Part shown: one piece after another, positions 15,294 to 23,534 of the stretch
Layout: each line of letters starts with the position of its first letter
Numbering within the stretch: the first letter of the stretch is position 1
Assembly (NCBI RefSeq): GCF_000017305.1
Contig: NC_009664.2
Span: 1,080,001-1,112,000 of the forward strand
Direction: 5' to 3'
Origin: Kineococcus radiotolerans SRS30216 = ATCC BAA-149
GTDB lineage: Bacteria; Actinomycetota; Actinomycetes; Actinomycetales; Kineococcaceae
Length of the DNA: 32,000 bases
Program-made: the position numbers and the translations under genes
Notes under the pieces: generated by a model
What the model saw: only the letters and a program-made list of their open reading frames with translations
Database searches by the model: none
What the model was told of the DNA's origin: nothing

Positions 15294-16601
15294 GTGACCG
15301 GCTCCCTGACCCGCGTGTTCGCCGCCCGGCTGGCGGGCACGTCGGTGTTCGACCCGCAGGGCGACATGGTCGGCCGGGTCCGCGACGTGGTGGGCCTGCT
15401 GAGCCCGCGCGGGCCGATCCGCGTCATCGGCCTGGTCGTCGAGGTCCCCGGCCGGCGCCGGGTGTTCGTGCCCATGACCCGCGTCACCAGCGTCGACACC
15501 GGGCAGGTCCTCACCACCGGCCTGGTCAACATGCGCCGCTTCGAGCAGCGTGGCACCGAGACCCTGCTGCTGGCGGAGCTCCTCGACCGCACGGTGGAGC
15601 TGGCCGACGGCAGCGGCAGCGCCACCGTCGAGGACCTGGGCCTGGAGCTCAACCGCGCCCGCGACTGGCGGCTGACCAAGCTGTTCGTCCGCCGCGGGGA
15701 GGCCGCCAAGGGGCTCTCGGGGCGGCTGCGCCGGCGGGGGGAGACGATGACGATCGACGTCGACGGCGTCGCCGGCGGGGTGCTGGGCCTGGCCTCCCCC
15801 GACCTGGACCAGGGGGCGACGAACCTGCTGGCCGCCTTCGAGGAGCTCAAGGCCGCCGACCTGGCCGAGGTGATCCACGAGCTCACCCCCAAGCGCCGCC
15901 TGGAGGTCGCCGCCGCCCTCGACGACGAGCGCCTCGCCGACGTCCTGGAGGAGCTGCCCGAGGACGACCAGGTCGAGATCCTCTCCGCCCTCGCGGGCGA
16001 CCGCGCCGCGCACGTCCTGGAGGAGATGCAGCCCGACGACGCCGCCGACCTGCTCTCGGAGCTGCCGCCGGAGCAGGCGGAGCGGCTGCTGGCGCTGATG
16101 GAGCCCGACGACGCGGACCCGGTGCGCCGGCTGCTGGCCTACGACGACTACACGGCCGGTGGGCTCATGACCTCCGACCCGGTGGTGCTGGCCCCGGACG
16201 CGACGATCGCCGAGGCGCTGGCCCACGTGCGCCGCAGCGAGCTCAGCGTGCCGATGGCCACGGCCGTCTACGTGTGCCGGCCGCCGCTGGAGACGCCCAC
16301 CGGCCGCTTCCTGGGCACCGCGCACCTGCAGCGGCTGCTGCGCGAACCCCCGCAGACGCCGCTGGGGCAGATCCTCGACACCGACATCGACCCGCTGTCC
16401 CCGGGGGAGACCCTGCAGGGCGTGACCCGCCAGCTGGCCGCGTACAACCTGGTCTCGATGCCCGTCGTCGACGAGGACGGGCACCTGCTGGGGGCGGTGA
16501 CCGCGGACGACGTGCTGGACCACCTGCTGCCCGAGGACTGGCGCGACACGACGGAGGAGGTCTTCTCGAGGACCCCGGGGACGGAGGCCGACCGTGACTG
16601 A
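15294..16601 (+). CDS. MgtE N-terminal domain / tandem CBS domain protein with PRC-barrel-like N-terminus (no transporter TM domain)
   Basis: FEELKAADLAEVIHELTPKRRLEVAAALDDERLADVLEELPEDDQVEILSAL (MgtE_N), then a CBS pair (TAGGLMTSDPVVLAPDATIAEAL...YNLVSMPVVDEDGHLLGAVTADDVLDHL). The track start is TTG 15285. GTG 15294 is preferred. Confidence 0.85.
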   Translation: MTGSLTRVFAARLAGTSVFDPQGDMVGRVRDVVGLLSPRGPIRVIGLVVEVPGRRRVFVPMTRVTSVDTGQVLTTGLVNMRRFEQRGTETLLLAELLDRTVELADGSGSATVEDLGLELNRARDWRLTKLFVRRGEAAKGLSGRLRRRGETMTIDVDGVAGGVLGLASPDLDQGATNLLAAFEELKAADLAEVIHELTPKRRLEVAAALDDERLADVLEELPEDDQVEILSALAGDRAAHVLEEMQPDDAADLLSELPPEQAERLLALMEPDDADPVRRLLAYDDYTAGGLMTSDPVVLAPDATIAEALAHVRRSELSVPMATAVYVCRPPLETPTGRFLGTAHLQRLLREPPQTPLGQILDTDIDPLSPGETLQGVTRQLAAYNLVSMPVVDEDGHLLGAVTADDVLDHLLPEDWRDTTEEVFSRTPGTEADRD

Positions 16602-17271
16602 GCGCGAACCCCGCGAGCCGCGCAGCAGCCCGCGCCGGGCCCGCGGCGACGCGGTCTCGCTGGACACCCCGCGCGAGGCGCGGCGGCAGCTGCTCTCGCG
16701 CCCGCAGGTGGACCCCGACGCCTTCGGCCGCGCGTCGGAGAAGTTCGCCCGCTTCATGGGCACCGCCCGCTTCCTCGTCTACATGACGGGCTTCGTCGCG
16801 GTGTGGCTGGCCTGGAACACCTTCGCCCCCGAGGGCGCGCAGTTCGACCCGCGGGCGCTGAACTACACCCTGCTGACGCTCATCCTGTCGCTGCAGGCCT
16901 CCTACGCGGCACCGCTGATCCTGCTGGCCCAGAACCGCCAGGACGACCGCGACCGCGTCCTCAACGAGCAGGACCGCGCGCAGGGCGAGCGCGCCCTGGC
17001 CGACACCGAGTACCTGACCCGCGAGGTGGCCGCGCTGCGGATCGCGCTGCGCGACGTCGCCACCCGCGACTTCGTGCGCTCGGAGCTGCGGGCCGTCCTG
17101 GAGGAGCTGCGCGACGAGGACGACGTCCCCGCCCCCTCCCGCGACGCCAAGCGCAAGGGCGGCAAGAAGCGCAAGCGGCCACCCGAGCCGGCCGCGGGGG
17201 CGGAGCGACCGGCTGAACCCGCGCCCACCGGTTCAACTCCGGCGGAGGACCTGCCGATGACCGACGGGTGA
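16594..17271 (+). CDS. DUF1003 family membrane protein (2 TM + coiled-coil + basic tail)
   Basis: FARFMGTARFLVYMTGFVAVWLAWN...YTLLTLILSLQASYAAPLILLAQNRQDDRDR. GGAGG lies 6 nt before GTG 16594. The start overlaps the preceding gene by 8 nt. Confidence 0.8.
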   Translation: MTEREPREPRSSPRRARGDAVSLDTPREARRQLLSRPQVDPDAFGRASEKFARFMGTARFLVYMTGFVAVWLAWNTFAPEGAQFDPRALNYTLLTLILSLQASYAAPLILLAQNRQDDRDRVLNEQDRAQGERALADTEYLTREVAALRIALRDVATRDFVRSELRAVLEELRDEDDVPAPSRDAKRKGGKKRKRPPEPAAGAERPAEPAPTGSTPAEDLPMTDG

Positions 17272-19043
17272 CGACTCTCGACGCCCCCGCCACGTCGACG
17301 GGACAGGTCCCGCTCCAGCCGGTCCCGGCCCAGGGCCAGCCCGCGACCCCCGTGCGCCGGCGCCTGGGGGACGTGCTCGTCGAGAAGGGTCTGCTGGTCC
17401 CCGAGGACCTCGACGTCGCCCTGGCCGAGCAGCGCAACGTGGAGGGCCCGCGCCGCCGCCTGGGTCAGATCCTCGTCGAGCTCGGCATGGTCTCCGAGGC
17501 CGAGCTGGCCCAGTGCCTGGCCGAGCTGCTGCAGCTGGAGCACGTGGACCTGTCCCGGCTGACCCTGGCCCCCGACGTCGTGCGCCTGCTGCCGCGGGCG
17601 GTGGCCGAGCGCTGCCGCGTCCTGGTCCTGGACAAGACCCCGGAGTACCTGCTGGTCGCGGCCGCGGACCCGACGAACGTCCTGGCCCTGGACGACGTCA
17701 AGCTCTACACCCGCACGCCCGAGCTGCACGTCGTCGTGGCGATGGACTCCCAGATCCGCGACCAGCTGGCCCGCGCCTGGTCGCTGACCGAGGACACCTC
17801 GCAGGTGTCGCGGATGGTGCAGGACGCCACCGAGGACGACGACGAGGACCCGCTGGCGGCCCTCAACGGCTCCGTCGACGACGACGCGCCCATCGTCAAG
17901 CTCGTCAACCGGATCCTCTCCGACGCGGTGCGCCTGCGCTGCTCCGACATCCACCTGGAGTCCCAGCGCGACCAGCTGCGCGTCCGCTTCCGCGTCGACG
18001 GCCTGCTGCGCGACGTGATGTCCGCGCCCAAGCGGGTGGCGCCCAGCGTCATCAGCCGCATCAAGATCATCTCCGGGCTGGACATCTCCGAGCGCCGCAT
18101 CCCCCAGGACGGCCGGACCCGCGTGGTCGTCGACGGCGCGGCCATCGACTGCCGCGTCTCGACGCTGCCCGCCCTGCACGGCGAGAAGATCGTGATCCGC
18201 CTGCTCACCCGCGGCGACGACGTCCCCTCGCTGCCCTCGCTCGGGTTCGAGCCGGAGCAGCTGGAGATCTTCGAGAAGGCCCTCAGCGTCCCGCAGGGCC
18301 TGGTGCTCATCACCGGCCCCACCGGGTCGGGCAAGACGAACACCCTCTACGCGGCGATCCACGCGACGATGTCGCCGGAGAAGAACATCATCACCCTCGA
18401 GGACCCCGTCGAGGTCCAGCTGCCCGGCATCACCCAGGTGCAGGTGCACGCCAAGGTGGGCATGACGTTCTCCGCCGGCCTGCGCTCGGTCCTGCGCCAG
18501 GACCCCGACATCGTCCTCATCGGCGAGGTCCGCGACTCCGAGACCGCCGAGCTGGCGCTCAAGGCGTCGATGACGGGCCACCTGGTGCTGACGACCCTGC
18601 ACACCAACTCCGCCGTGGGGGCGCTGACGCGCCTGGTCGACATGGGCGCGGCGCCGTTCCTGGTGGCCAGCTCGCTGACCGCGGCGATCGCCCAGCGGCT
18701 GGTCCGCAAGCCCTGCGACTCCTGCGCGGACGGCTACATCCCCGACGAGGACGTCCTCGCCGTGCTGGACCTGACGATCGAGGACATCCTCGACGCGACC
18801 CCGCTCAAGGGCACCGGCTGCCCCGAGTGCGGCGGCACCGGCTACCGCGGCCGCACCGCGGTCTACGAGGTCCTCGACGTGACCCCGAGCATGCGCAAGG
18901 TCCTCATGCACGACGCGACGGAGTCGGCGCTGCTGGCCGAGGCGGAGCGGATCGGGATGAAGACGCTGCGCCAGTCGGCGCTGGAGAAGGCGATGCGCGG
19001 GGAGACGACCTTCGAGGAGGTCATCCGCGTCACCGCCGGCTGA
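17268..19043 (+). CDS. PilB/GspE/MshE-family secretion ATPase with N-terminal MshEN-like and T2SSE_N domains
   Basis: Walker A GPTGSGKT, Asp box ITLEDPVE, Walker B DIVLIGEVRD, His box LVLTTLHTN, tetracysteine CDSC...CPEC. The N-terminus has RLGDVLVEKGLLVPEDLDVALAEQ and RLGQILVELGMVSEAELAQCLAEL. GTG overlaps the DUF1003 TGA (GTGA 17268-17271). Confidence 0.9.
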   Translation: MTTLDAPATSTGQVPLQPVPAQGQPATPVRRRLGDVLVEKGLLVPEDLDVALAEQRNVEGPRRRLGQILVELGMVSEAELAQCLAELLQLEHVDLSRLTLAPDVVRLLPRAVAERCRVLVLDKTPEYLLVAAADPTNVLALDDVKLYTRTPELHVVVAMDSQIRDQLARAWSLTEDTSQVSRMVQDATEDDDEDPLAALNGSVDDDAPIVKLVNRILSDAVRLRCSDIHLESQRDQLRVRFRVDGLLRDVMSAPKRVAPSVISRIKIISGLDISERRIPQDGRTRVVVDGAAIDCRVSTLPALHGEKIVIRLLTRGDDVPSLPSLGFEPEQLEIFEKALSVPQGLVLITGPTGSGKTNTLYAAIHATMSPEKNIITLEDPVEVQLPGITQVQVHAKVGMTFSAGLRSVLRQDPDIVLIGEVRDSETAELALKASMTGHLVLTTLHTNSAVGALTRLVDMGAAPFLVASSLTAAIAQRLVRKPCDSCADGYIPDEDVLAVLDLTIEDILDATPLKGTGCPECGGTGYRGRTAVYEVLDVTPSMRKVLMHDATESALLAEAERIGMKTLRQSALEKAMRGETTFEEVIRVTAG

Positions 19044-19127
19044 CCGGCCGGCCCCCGCCGGGCGGCGCGGCGCGGGCCCGCGAGCGCCCCGGGGACCGCG
19101 CCGACGGGCCGGACCGGTGGCCCCACG

Positions 19128-19133
19128 TACCCT
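19128..19133 (+). promoter_or_regulatory. Candidate -10 box TACCCT, 6 nt upstream of the mrp ATG (leaderless candidate)
   Basis: CACGTACCCTGGGGCCATG, with no SD. Confidence 0.4.
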
Positions 19134-19139
19134 GGGGCC

Positions 19140-20285
19140 ATGCCGAGCACGCCTGCCCCCGAGAGCGTGCGGACCGCGGTCCTGCGCGCCCTCGCCTCCG
19201 TCGACGACCCCGAGCTGCACCGTCCCATCACCGAGCTCGGCATGGTCGAGGGCGTCGACGTCGGCGCCGACGGGGTGGTGGACGTCCGGGTCCTGCTGAC
19301 CATCGCCGCCTGCCCGATGCGCGACACCCTCACCCGCGACGTCACCGCCGCCACCCGCACCGTCGACGGCGTACGCGGGGTGCGCGTCCACCTCGGGGAG
19401 ATGACCCCCGACCAGCGCCGCGAGCTCACGACCAAGGTCCGCGGGACCACGGGCGCCGCCCCCGTCATCCCCTTCAACCAGCCCGGCAACCTGACCCGCG
19501 TCTACGCCGTCGCCTCCGGCAAGGGCGGGGTCGGAAAGTCCAGCGTCACGGTCAACCTGGCCGCGGCCATGGCCGCCGACGGCCTGCGCGTCGGCCTCCT
19601 CGACGCCGACGTCCACGGCTTCTCCGTCCCGCGCCTGCTGGACGTGACGGGCAAGCCCACCAAGGTCGGCGACATGATGATCCCGCCGACCGCCCACGGG
19701 ATCCGGGTCATGTCCATCGGCATGTTCGTGCCCGGCAACCAGCCGGTGGCCTGGCGCGGGCCGATGCTGCACCGCGCGCTGCAGCAGTTCGCCAGCGAGG
19801 TGCACTGGGGCGACCTGGACGTCCTGCTCCTGGACCTGCCCCCGGGGACCGGGGACATCGCGATCAGCGTCGGTCAGCTGCTGCCGCGCGCGGAGATCCT
19901 CGTCGTCACGACCCCGCAGGTCGCCGCGGCGGAGGTCGCCGAGCGGGCGGGGTCGGTCGCCGCGCAGACCGAGCAGCGGGTCGTCGGCGTCGTGGAGAAC
20001 ATGAGCTGGCTGGAGCTGCCCGGCGGGCAGCGCCTGGAGGTGTTCGGCTCCGGCGGCGGCGCCACCGTCGCGGAGTCGCTCTCGCAGCGGCTGGGCACCG
20101 ACGTGCCGCTGCTGGCCCAGGTGCCGATGGACGTCGAGCTGCGCGAGGGCGGCGACGCCGGGACGCCCGTGGTGCTCTCGCACCCCGACTCCCCCGCCGC
20201 CGTCGTCCTGCGCGACCTGGCCCGCACGCTGGCCCGGCGACCGCGCGGGCTGGCCGGGCGGCCCCTGGGCGTCAGCGTCGCCTGA
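19140..20285 (+). CDS. mrp: Mrp/ApbC/NBP35-family Fe-S cluster carrier ATPase with N-terminal DUF59 (MIP18-like) domain
   Basis: DPELHRPITELGMV (DUF59), then a deviant Walker A VASGKGGVGKSSVTVNLA, LLDADVHG, LLLDLPPGTGD and VVENMS. Confidence 0.92.
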   Translation: MPSTPAPESVRTAVLRALASVDDPELHRPITELGMVEGVDVGADGVVDVRVLLTIAACPMRDTLTRDVTAATRTVDGVRGVRVHLGEMTPDQRRELTTKVRGTTGAAPVIPFNQPGNLTRVYAVASGKGGVGKSSVTVNLAAAMAADGLRVGLLDADVHGFSVPRLLDVTGKPTKVGDMMIPPTAHGIRVMSIGMFVPGNQPVAWRGPMLHRALQQFASEVHWGDLDVLLLDLPPGTGDIAISVGQLLPRAEILVVTTPQVAAAEVAERAGSVAAQTEQRVVGVVENMSWLELPGGQRLEVFGSGGGATVAESLSQRLGTDVPLLAQVPMDVELREGGDAGTPVVLSHPDSPAAVVLRDLARTLARRPRGLAGRPLGVSVA

Positions 20286-20306
20286 GCGGCGCCGCCCCCG
20301 CGAGCC

Positions 20307-20693
20307 TCAGGTGGCGTCCTCGTCGTAGGGGACGGGCGCGGGGGCCGCGGCGGGCGCGGACGACTTCTTGCCCAGGTCGACCCCGCTGCCGGTGGCCGCG
20401 GCGGGGCTCTTCTTCACCGGCGCCTCGTCGTCGTCCTCCCACGCCTCGGTCAGCGCTTCGCGGACGATGCGGCGCGGGTCGTACTGGCGCGGGTCGAGCT
20501 TCTGCCAGTCGATGTCGTCGAACTCCGGGCCGAGCTCCTCGCGCATCTGCGCCTGGGCGCCCTTCGCGAAGCGCCGGGCGGACTTGACCAGACCGGCCAG
20601 CTGCTCGGCGTAGTGGGGCAGACGCTCCGGTCCGAGGACCACGAGCGCCACGACGAGGAGGACGATGAACTCGCCCCCGTTGATGCCGAACAC
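20307..20693 (-). CDS. tatB: Sec-independent (Tat) translocase subunit TatB
   Basis: MFGINGGEFIVLLVVALVVLGPERLPHYAEQLAGLVKSARRF... is a TatA/B TM-plus-amphipathic-helix signature. Its 128 aa and acidic/Pro tail resemble actinobacterial TatB. It sits downstream of htrA as in M. tuberculosis (recollection). Confidence 0.85.
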   Translation of the reverse strand: MFGINGGEFIVLLVVALVVLGPERLPHYAEQLAGLVKSARRFAKGAQAQMREELGPEFDDIDWQKLDPRQYDPRRIVREALTEAWEDDDEAPVKKSPAAATGSGVDLGKKSSAPAAAPAPVPYDEDAT

Positions 20694-20702
20694 GTGGCGA
20701 TC

Positions 20703-22013
20703 CTAACCGTCGGCTTCGAGCGTGACAGGCACCTCGGTGGTCCGGCCGTCGCGGCGGACGGTCAGCGTCACCTGTTCGCCGGGTTCCCGGGCCCGGATGT
20801 CGACGATGAGCTCCGCCGGTTCGGTCACGGGGCGGCCGTCGATGGCGAGCACGACGTCGCCCGGCTGCAGGCCCGCCCGCTCCCCGGGACCACCGGGGTT
20901 CACCGCTCCCGGGGAGTCCAGGATCTGCACGCCCTCGCCCGTGTAGGAGCTGTCCAGGGACACCCCGATGATCGGGTGCACGGCGCGACCGGTCCGGATG
21001 AGCTGCTCGGCGGTGCGCCGGGCCTGCTCGGAGGGGATGGAGAAGCCCAGGCCGATGCTGCCCGTCGTCTGCCCCCCGCCGGCCCCGGGCAGAGCGGCGA
21101 TGGCGGAGTTGATCCCGATGACCTCGCCGGCCGCGTTCAGCAGCGGCCCGCCGGAGTTGCCGGGGTTGATCGCGGCGTCGGTCTGGATGGCCTGGATGTA
21201 GGAGGCGTCCGGGCCGCTCTCGCCGGCCGAGACGGGCCGGTTGAGGGCCGAGACGATCCCCTCCGTCACCGTCCCCTGCAGCCCCAGCGGGGCGCCGACG
21301 GCCACCACGGGGTCCCCCACGACGACGGCGGCGGAGTCGCCGAACGGCAGCGCCCGCAACCCGCCGCGCTCGACCCGCACGACGGCGAGGTCGTAGGAGG
21401 CGTCGGCCCCGACGAGCTCGCCCACGGCCTGGGCCCCGTCCTGGAAGACGACGGTCACCCCGTCGTCGTAGGCCCCGGCGACCACGTGGTTGTTGGTGAG
21501 GACGAAGGTGCCGCCCCCGCCGGCGGAGGTGTCCAGCACGAAGCCGGAGCCCGTCCCGGTGCCCTCCTGCCCCTGCACCTGCAGCGCCACCACGCTGGGC
21601 AGCGCGGCCGCCGCGATCCCGGCGACGGAGCCCGCCGGCCGCTCGGTGCTGCCGGCGCTGGGCGAGGCGATCGCGACCGCGGGGTAGGTGCCGTCGGAGT
21701 CCCCGACCTCGTCCTGCAGCAGCCCGCCGGCGAACCCGCCGACGACGCCGAGCAGCAGGACGCCGCTGCCCACGACGATCCGGCGCGCGGGGGCCCCGGC
21801 GCGCCGGTGCCCCCCGGGTCCCGGGGCGGTGCCCGGGTCCACCGGGGCGTGGGGCGGGAAGGCGTCGTGACCGGGAGGCGGCCCCTCGGGCCGCCACCAC
21901 ACCTGCTCCGCCGAGGGCGGCGGTGCGGTGGGCGGGCCCGACCAGGGGTCGCGGCCGTCGCCGGGGGCGTCGCCGGGGCGGTCCCAGCCCCCGGGTGGTG
22001 ACGGTGCGCTCAT
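20703..22013 (-). CDS. htrA: HtrA/PepD-like S1C serine protease (N-terminal Pro-rich region, one TM, trypsin-like domain, PDZ)
   Basis: TNNHVV (His), a conserved Asp region, GNSGGPLLN (Ser), and a C-terminal PDZ (GLQPGDVVLAIDGRPV). The ATG shares one base with the rseA stop (TGATG at 22011-22015). Confidence 0.9.
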   Translation of the reverse strand: MSAPSPPGGWDRPGDAPGDGRDPWSGPPTAPPPSAEQVWWRPEGPPPGHDAFPPHAPVDPGTAPGPGGHRRAGAPARRIVVGSGVLLLGVVGGFAGGLLQDEVGDSDGTYPAVAIASPSAGSTERPAGSVAGIAAAALPSVVALQVQGQEGTGTGSGFVLDTSAGGGGTFVLTNNHVVAGAYDDGVTVVFQDGAQAVGELVGADASYDLAVVRVERGGLRALPFGDSAAVVVGDPVVAVGAPLGLQGTVTEGIVSALNRPVSAGESGPDASYIQAIQTDAAINPGNSGGPLLNAAGEVIGINSAIAALPGAGGGQTTGSIGLGFSIPSEQARRTAEQLIRTGRAVHPIIGVSLDSSYTGEGVQILDSPGAVNPGGPGERAGLQPGDVVLAIDGRPVTEPAELIVDIRAREPGEQVTLTVRRDGRTTEVPVTLEADG

Positions 22014-22615
22014 CAGGGCGCGACGGTCGAGGTGGTGGTGGGCAGGACGGTGGGGGCGCTGGGCGCGGGGGTCCCGACGGGCCCGGCCGGCAGGAGGCGC
22101 CCGACGGGGGTGCTAGAGGCGGAGGGGGTGGTGCGCAGCTCCGCCACCGGGGCGGGCGCGTCGCCCCCGGGCACCCCGCCCAGGACGAGGGCGCCCACGA
22201 TCCCGGCCCCGAGCAGCGTGAACGTCCCCGCCAGCGCGGCCGCCACCGGGCGGCGGCGCACCCGCAGGGCCGCGGAGCGGGTCGCGGGACGACGTGCCCC
22301 CCCGCCCCGGGTCGCGTCGGTGCGCGAGGGCGGGGCGACCCCCACCACCGGCCGGGCCGGGACGGCCATCGGCGCGTCGCGCGGGGGCAGCGGCCCGCTG
22401 GGGCCGCCGATGTCCAGCAGCCGCGCCACGAGGTCCTCCGACATCGGCGGGACGCCGAGGGCCTGCACGCGGGCGCGGACGAGCCGCTCGGCGTCGACGG
22501 CCTCGGAGCACTCCGGGCACTGCCGCAGGTGTTCCGCGACCCGCGCCTCGGCGTCCGCGGCGAGGCGGCCGTCGACGAGGGGGCTGACCCGGGCGCCGAG
22601 GTGCGGTCCGCTCAC
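22013..22615 (-). CDS. rseA: Zinc-binding (ZAS, HxxxCxxC) anti-sigma factor with one TM segment, RseA-like
   Basis: [40 protein letters not shown]..., later the TM segment [24 protein letters not shown] and a Pro/Thr/Ser-rich tail. GTG 22615 overlaps the sigE TGA (GTGA 22612-22615). The 455-aa ORF in the track is an over-extension through sigE in another frame. Confidence 0.7.
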   Translation of the reverse strand: MSGPHLGARVSPLVDGRLAADAEARVAEHLRQCPECSEAVDAERLVRARVQALGVPPMSEDLVARLLDIGGPSGPLPPRDAPMAVPARPVVGVAPPSRTDATRGGGARRPATRSAALRVRRRPVAAALAGTFTLLGAGIVGALVLGGVPGGDAPAPVAELRTTPSASSTPVGRLLPAGPVGTPAPSAPTVLPTTTSTVAP

Positions 22616-23250
22616 GGGCCGTCCTCCCCGTAGGCCAGCTGCGGGGCGGGGGCGCTGGGCCGGGGGGCGCGGTGGGCCAGCGCGGCGCGCAGCTGGGCGC
22701 GGCCGCGGTGGATGCGCGAGCGCACGGTGCCGAGCTTCACGCCCAGCGTGGCGGCGATCTCCTCGTAGGAGAGCCCCTCGATGTCGCAGAGGACGACCAC
22801 GGCGCGGAAGTCCGGCGGCAGGGCGTCCAGCGCGCGCTGGACGTCGTCGTCGAGGTTGCGGTGCTCGAAGGCGCGCTCGGGGCCGACGTCGGTGCTGGGC
22901 AGCTTCTCGTTCGCGTCGTCGCCCAGGGCGTCGAAGCGGATCCGCTGCTTGCGCCGGACCTGGTCGAGGAAGAGGTTCGTCGTGATCCGGTGCAGCCAGC
23001 CCTCGAAGGTGCCGGGCTGGTAGCTGGAGAGCGAGCGGAAGACCCGCACGAAGACCTCCTGGGTGAGGTCCTCGGCGTCGTGGCGGTTCCCCGTCAGGCG
23101 GTAGGCCAGCCGGTACACCCGCGCGGAGTGGTCGCGCACGACCTCCTCCCACGTCGGCGGCACCCACGTCGAGGCCGCGACCGCCGGCGACAGCGTCGCG
23201 GGGTCGACGACCGGGGCACGCCCGGCGGGCTCGCCGGTGTCGTCGCTCAC
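22612..23250 (-). CDS. sigE: ECF (group 4) RNA polymerase sigma factor, SigE-like
   Basis: Region 2 is [27 protein letters not shown]...[15 protein letters not shown]. Region 4 is [44 protein letters not shown] 23250 has AGGAGG 6 nt upstream. Confidence 0.88.
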   Translation of the reverse strand: MSDDTGEPAGRAPVVDPATLSPAVAASTWVPPTWEEVVRDHSARVYRLAYRLTGNRHDAEDLTQEVFVRVFRSLSSYQPGTFEGWLHRITTNLFLDQVRRKQRIRFDALGDDANEKLPSTDVGPERAFEHRNLDDDVQRALDALPPDFRAVVVLCDIEGLSYEEIAATLGVKLGTVRSRIHRGRAQLRAALAHRAPRPSAPAPQLAYGEDGP

Positions 23251-23378
23251 GGGGTTCCTCCTGGAACGGGCGGGGAAGGGGGCCGCGAACGGCACCGCCA
23301 CTGCACCCATGGTCTCCCACTCCCATCGCTCGGGCCAGTCGCCGCCGGCACTTCCAGCCGGTCGGCGTCACGGGGTCC

Positions 23379-23404
23379 AACGGAGGTCTGACCCGCGGGG
23401 TTCC
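23379..23404 (-). promoter_or_regulatory. ECF SigE/SigH-type promoter motif GGAACC-N16-CGTT upstream of sigE
   Basis: The minus strand reads GGAACC CCGCGGGTCAGACCTC CGTT, about 130 nt upstream of the sigE start. It is the only such motif I found next to a gene start in the window. Confidence 0.5.
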
Positions 23405-23522
23405 CGCACCACCCCCCGGGGGTGGGCTGCACCGGGCCTCCCCGCCGCGGGCACGGCGGCACCACCACCGGCCTCACGGGGCGTCGTCGGGCGAGCACCT
23501 GGGGTGAGATCAGCCGGTGCAC

Positions 23523-23528
23523 TAGATT
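23523..23528 (+). promoter_or_regulatory. Candidate -10 box TAGATT, 6 nt upstream of GTG 23535 (leaderless candidate)
   Basis: GCACTAGATTGCGCTCGTGCCG, with no SD. Confidence 0.45.
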
Positions 23529-23534
23529 GCGCTC

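Noticed and set aside
14630-15892. Over-extended N-termini in the ORF track (Dps 420 aa; also 26224-27762, 27462-28250, 28237-29949, 11225-12385, 4327-5394, 5208-5696, 6488-6901)
   Set aside because: The extensions are low-complexity, overlap neighbouring real genes, and are replaced by internal starts supported by GTGA overlaps, SD sequences or -10 boxes.
17268-19043. Possibility that the PilB-like ATPase marks a horizontally acquired pilus or secretion island
   Set aside because: Composition and codon usage look the same as the flanks. There are no tRNA, integrase, direct repeats or partner genes, and both flanks are conserved core genes. I treat it as an orphan embedded in a core operon.
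22013-23380. 455-aa ORF that would fuse a long N-terminal region to the anti-sigma factor
   Set aside because: The upstream 250 codons overlap sigE in another frame and are Arg/Pro-rich. A GTG at 22615 overlapping the sigE stop gives a 200-aa ZAS anti-sigma factor of normal architecture.
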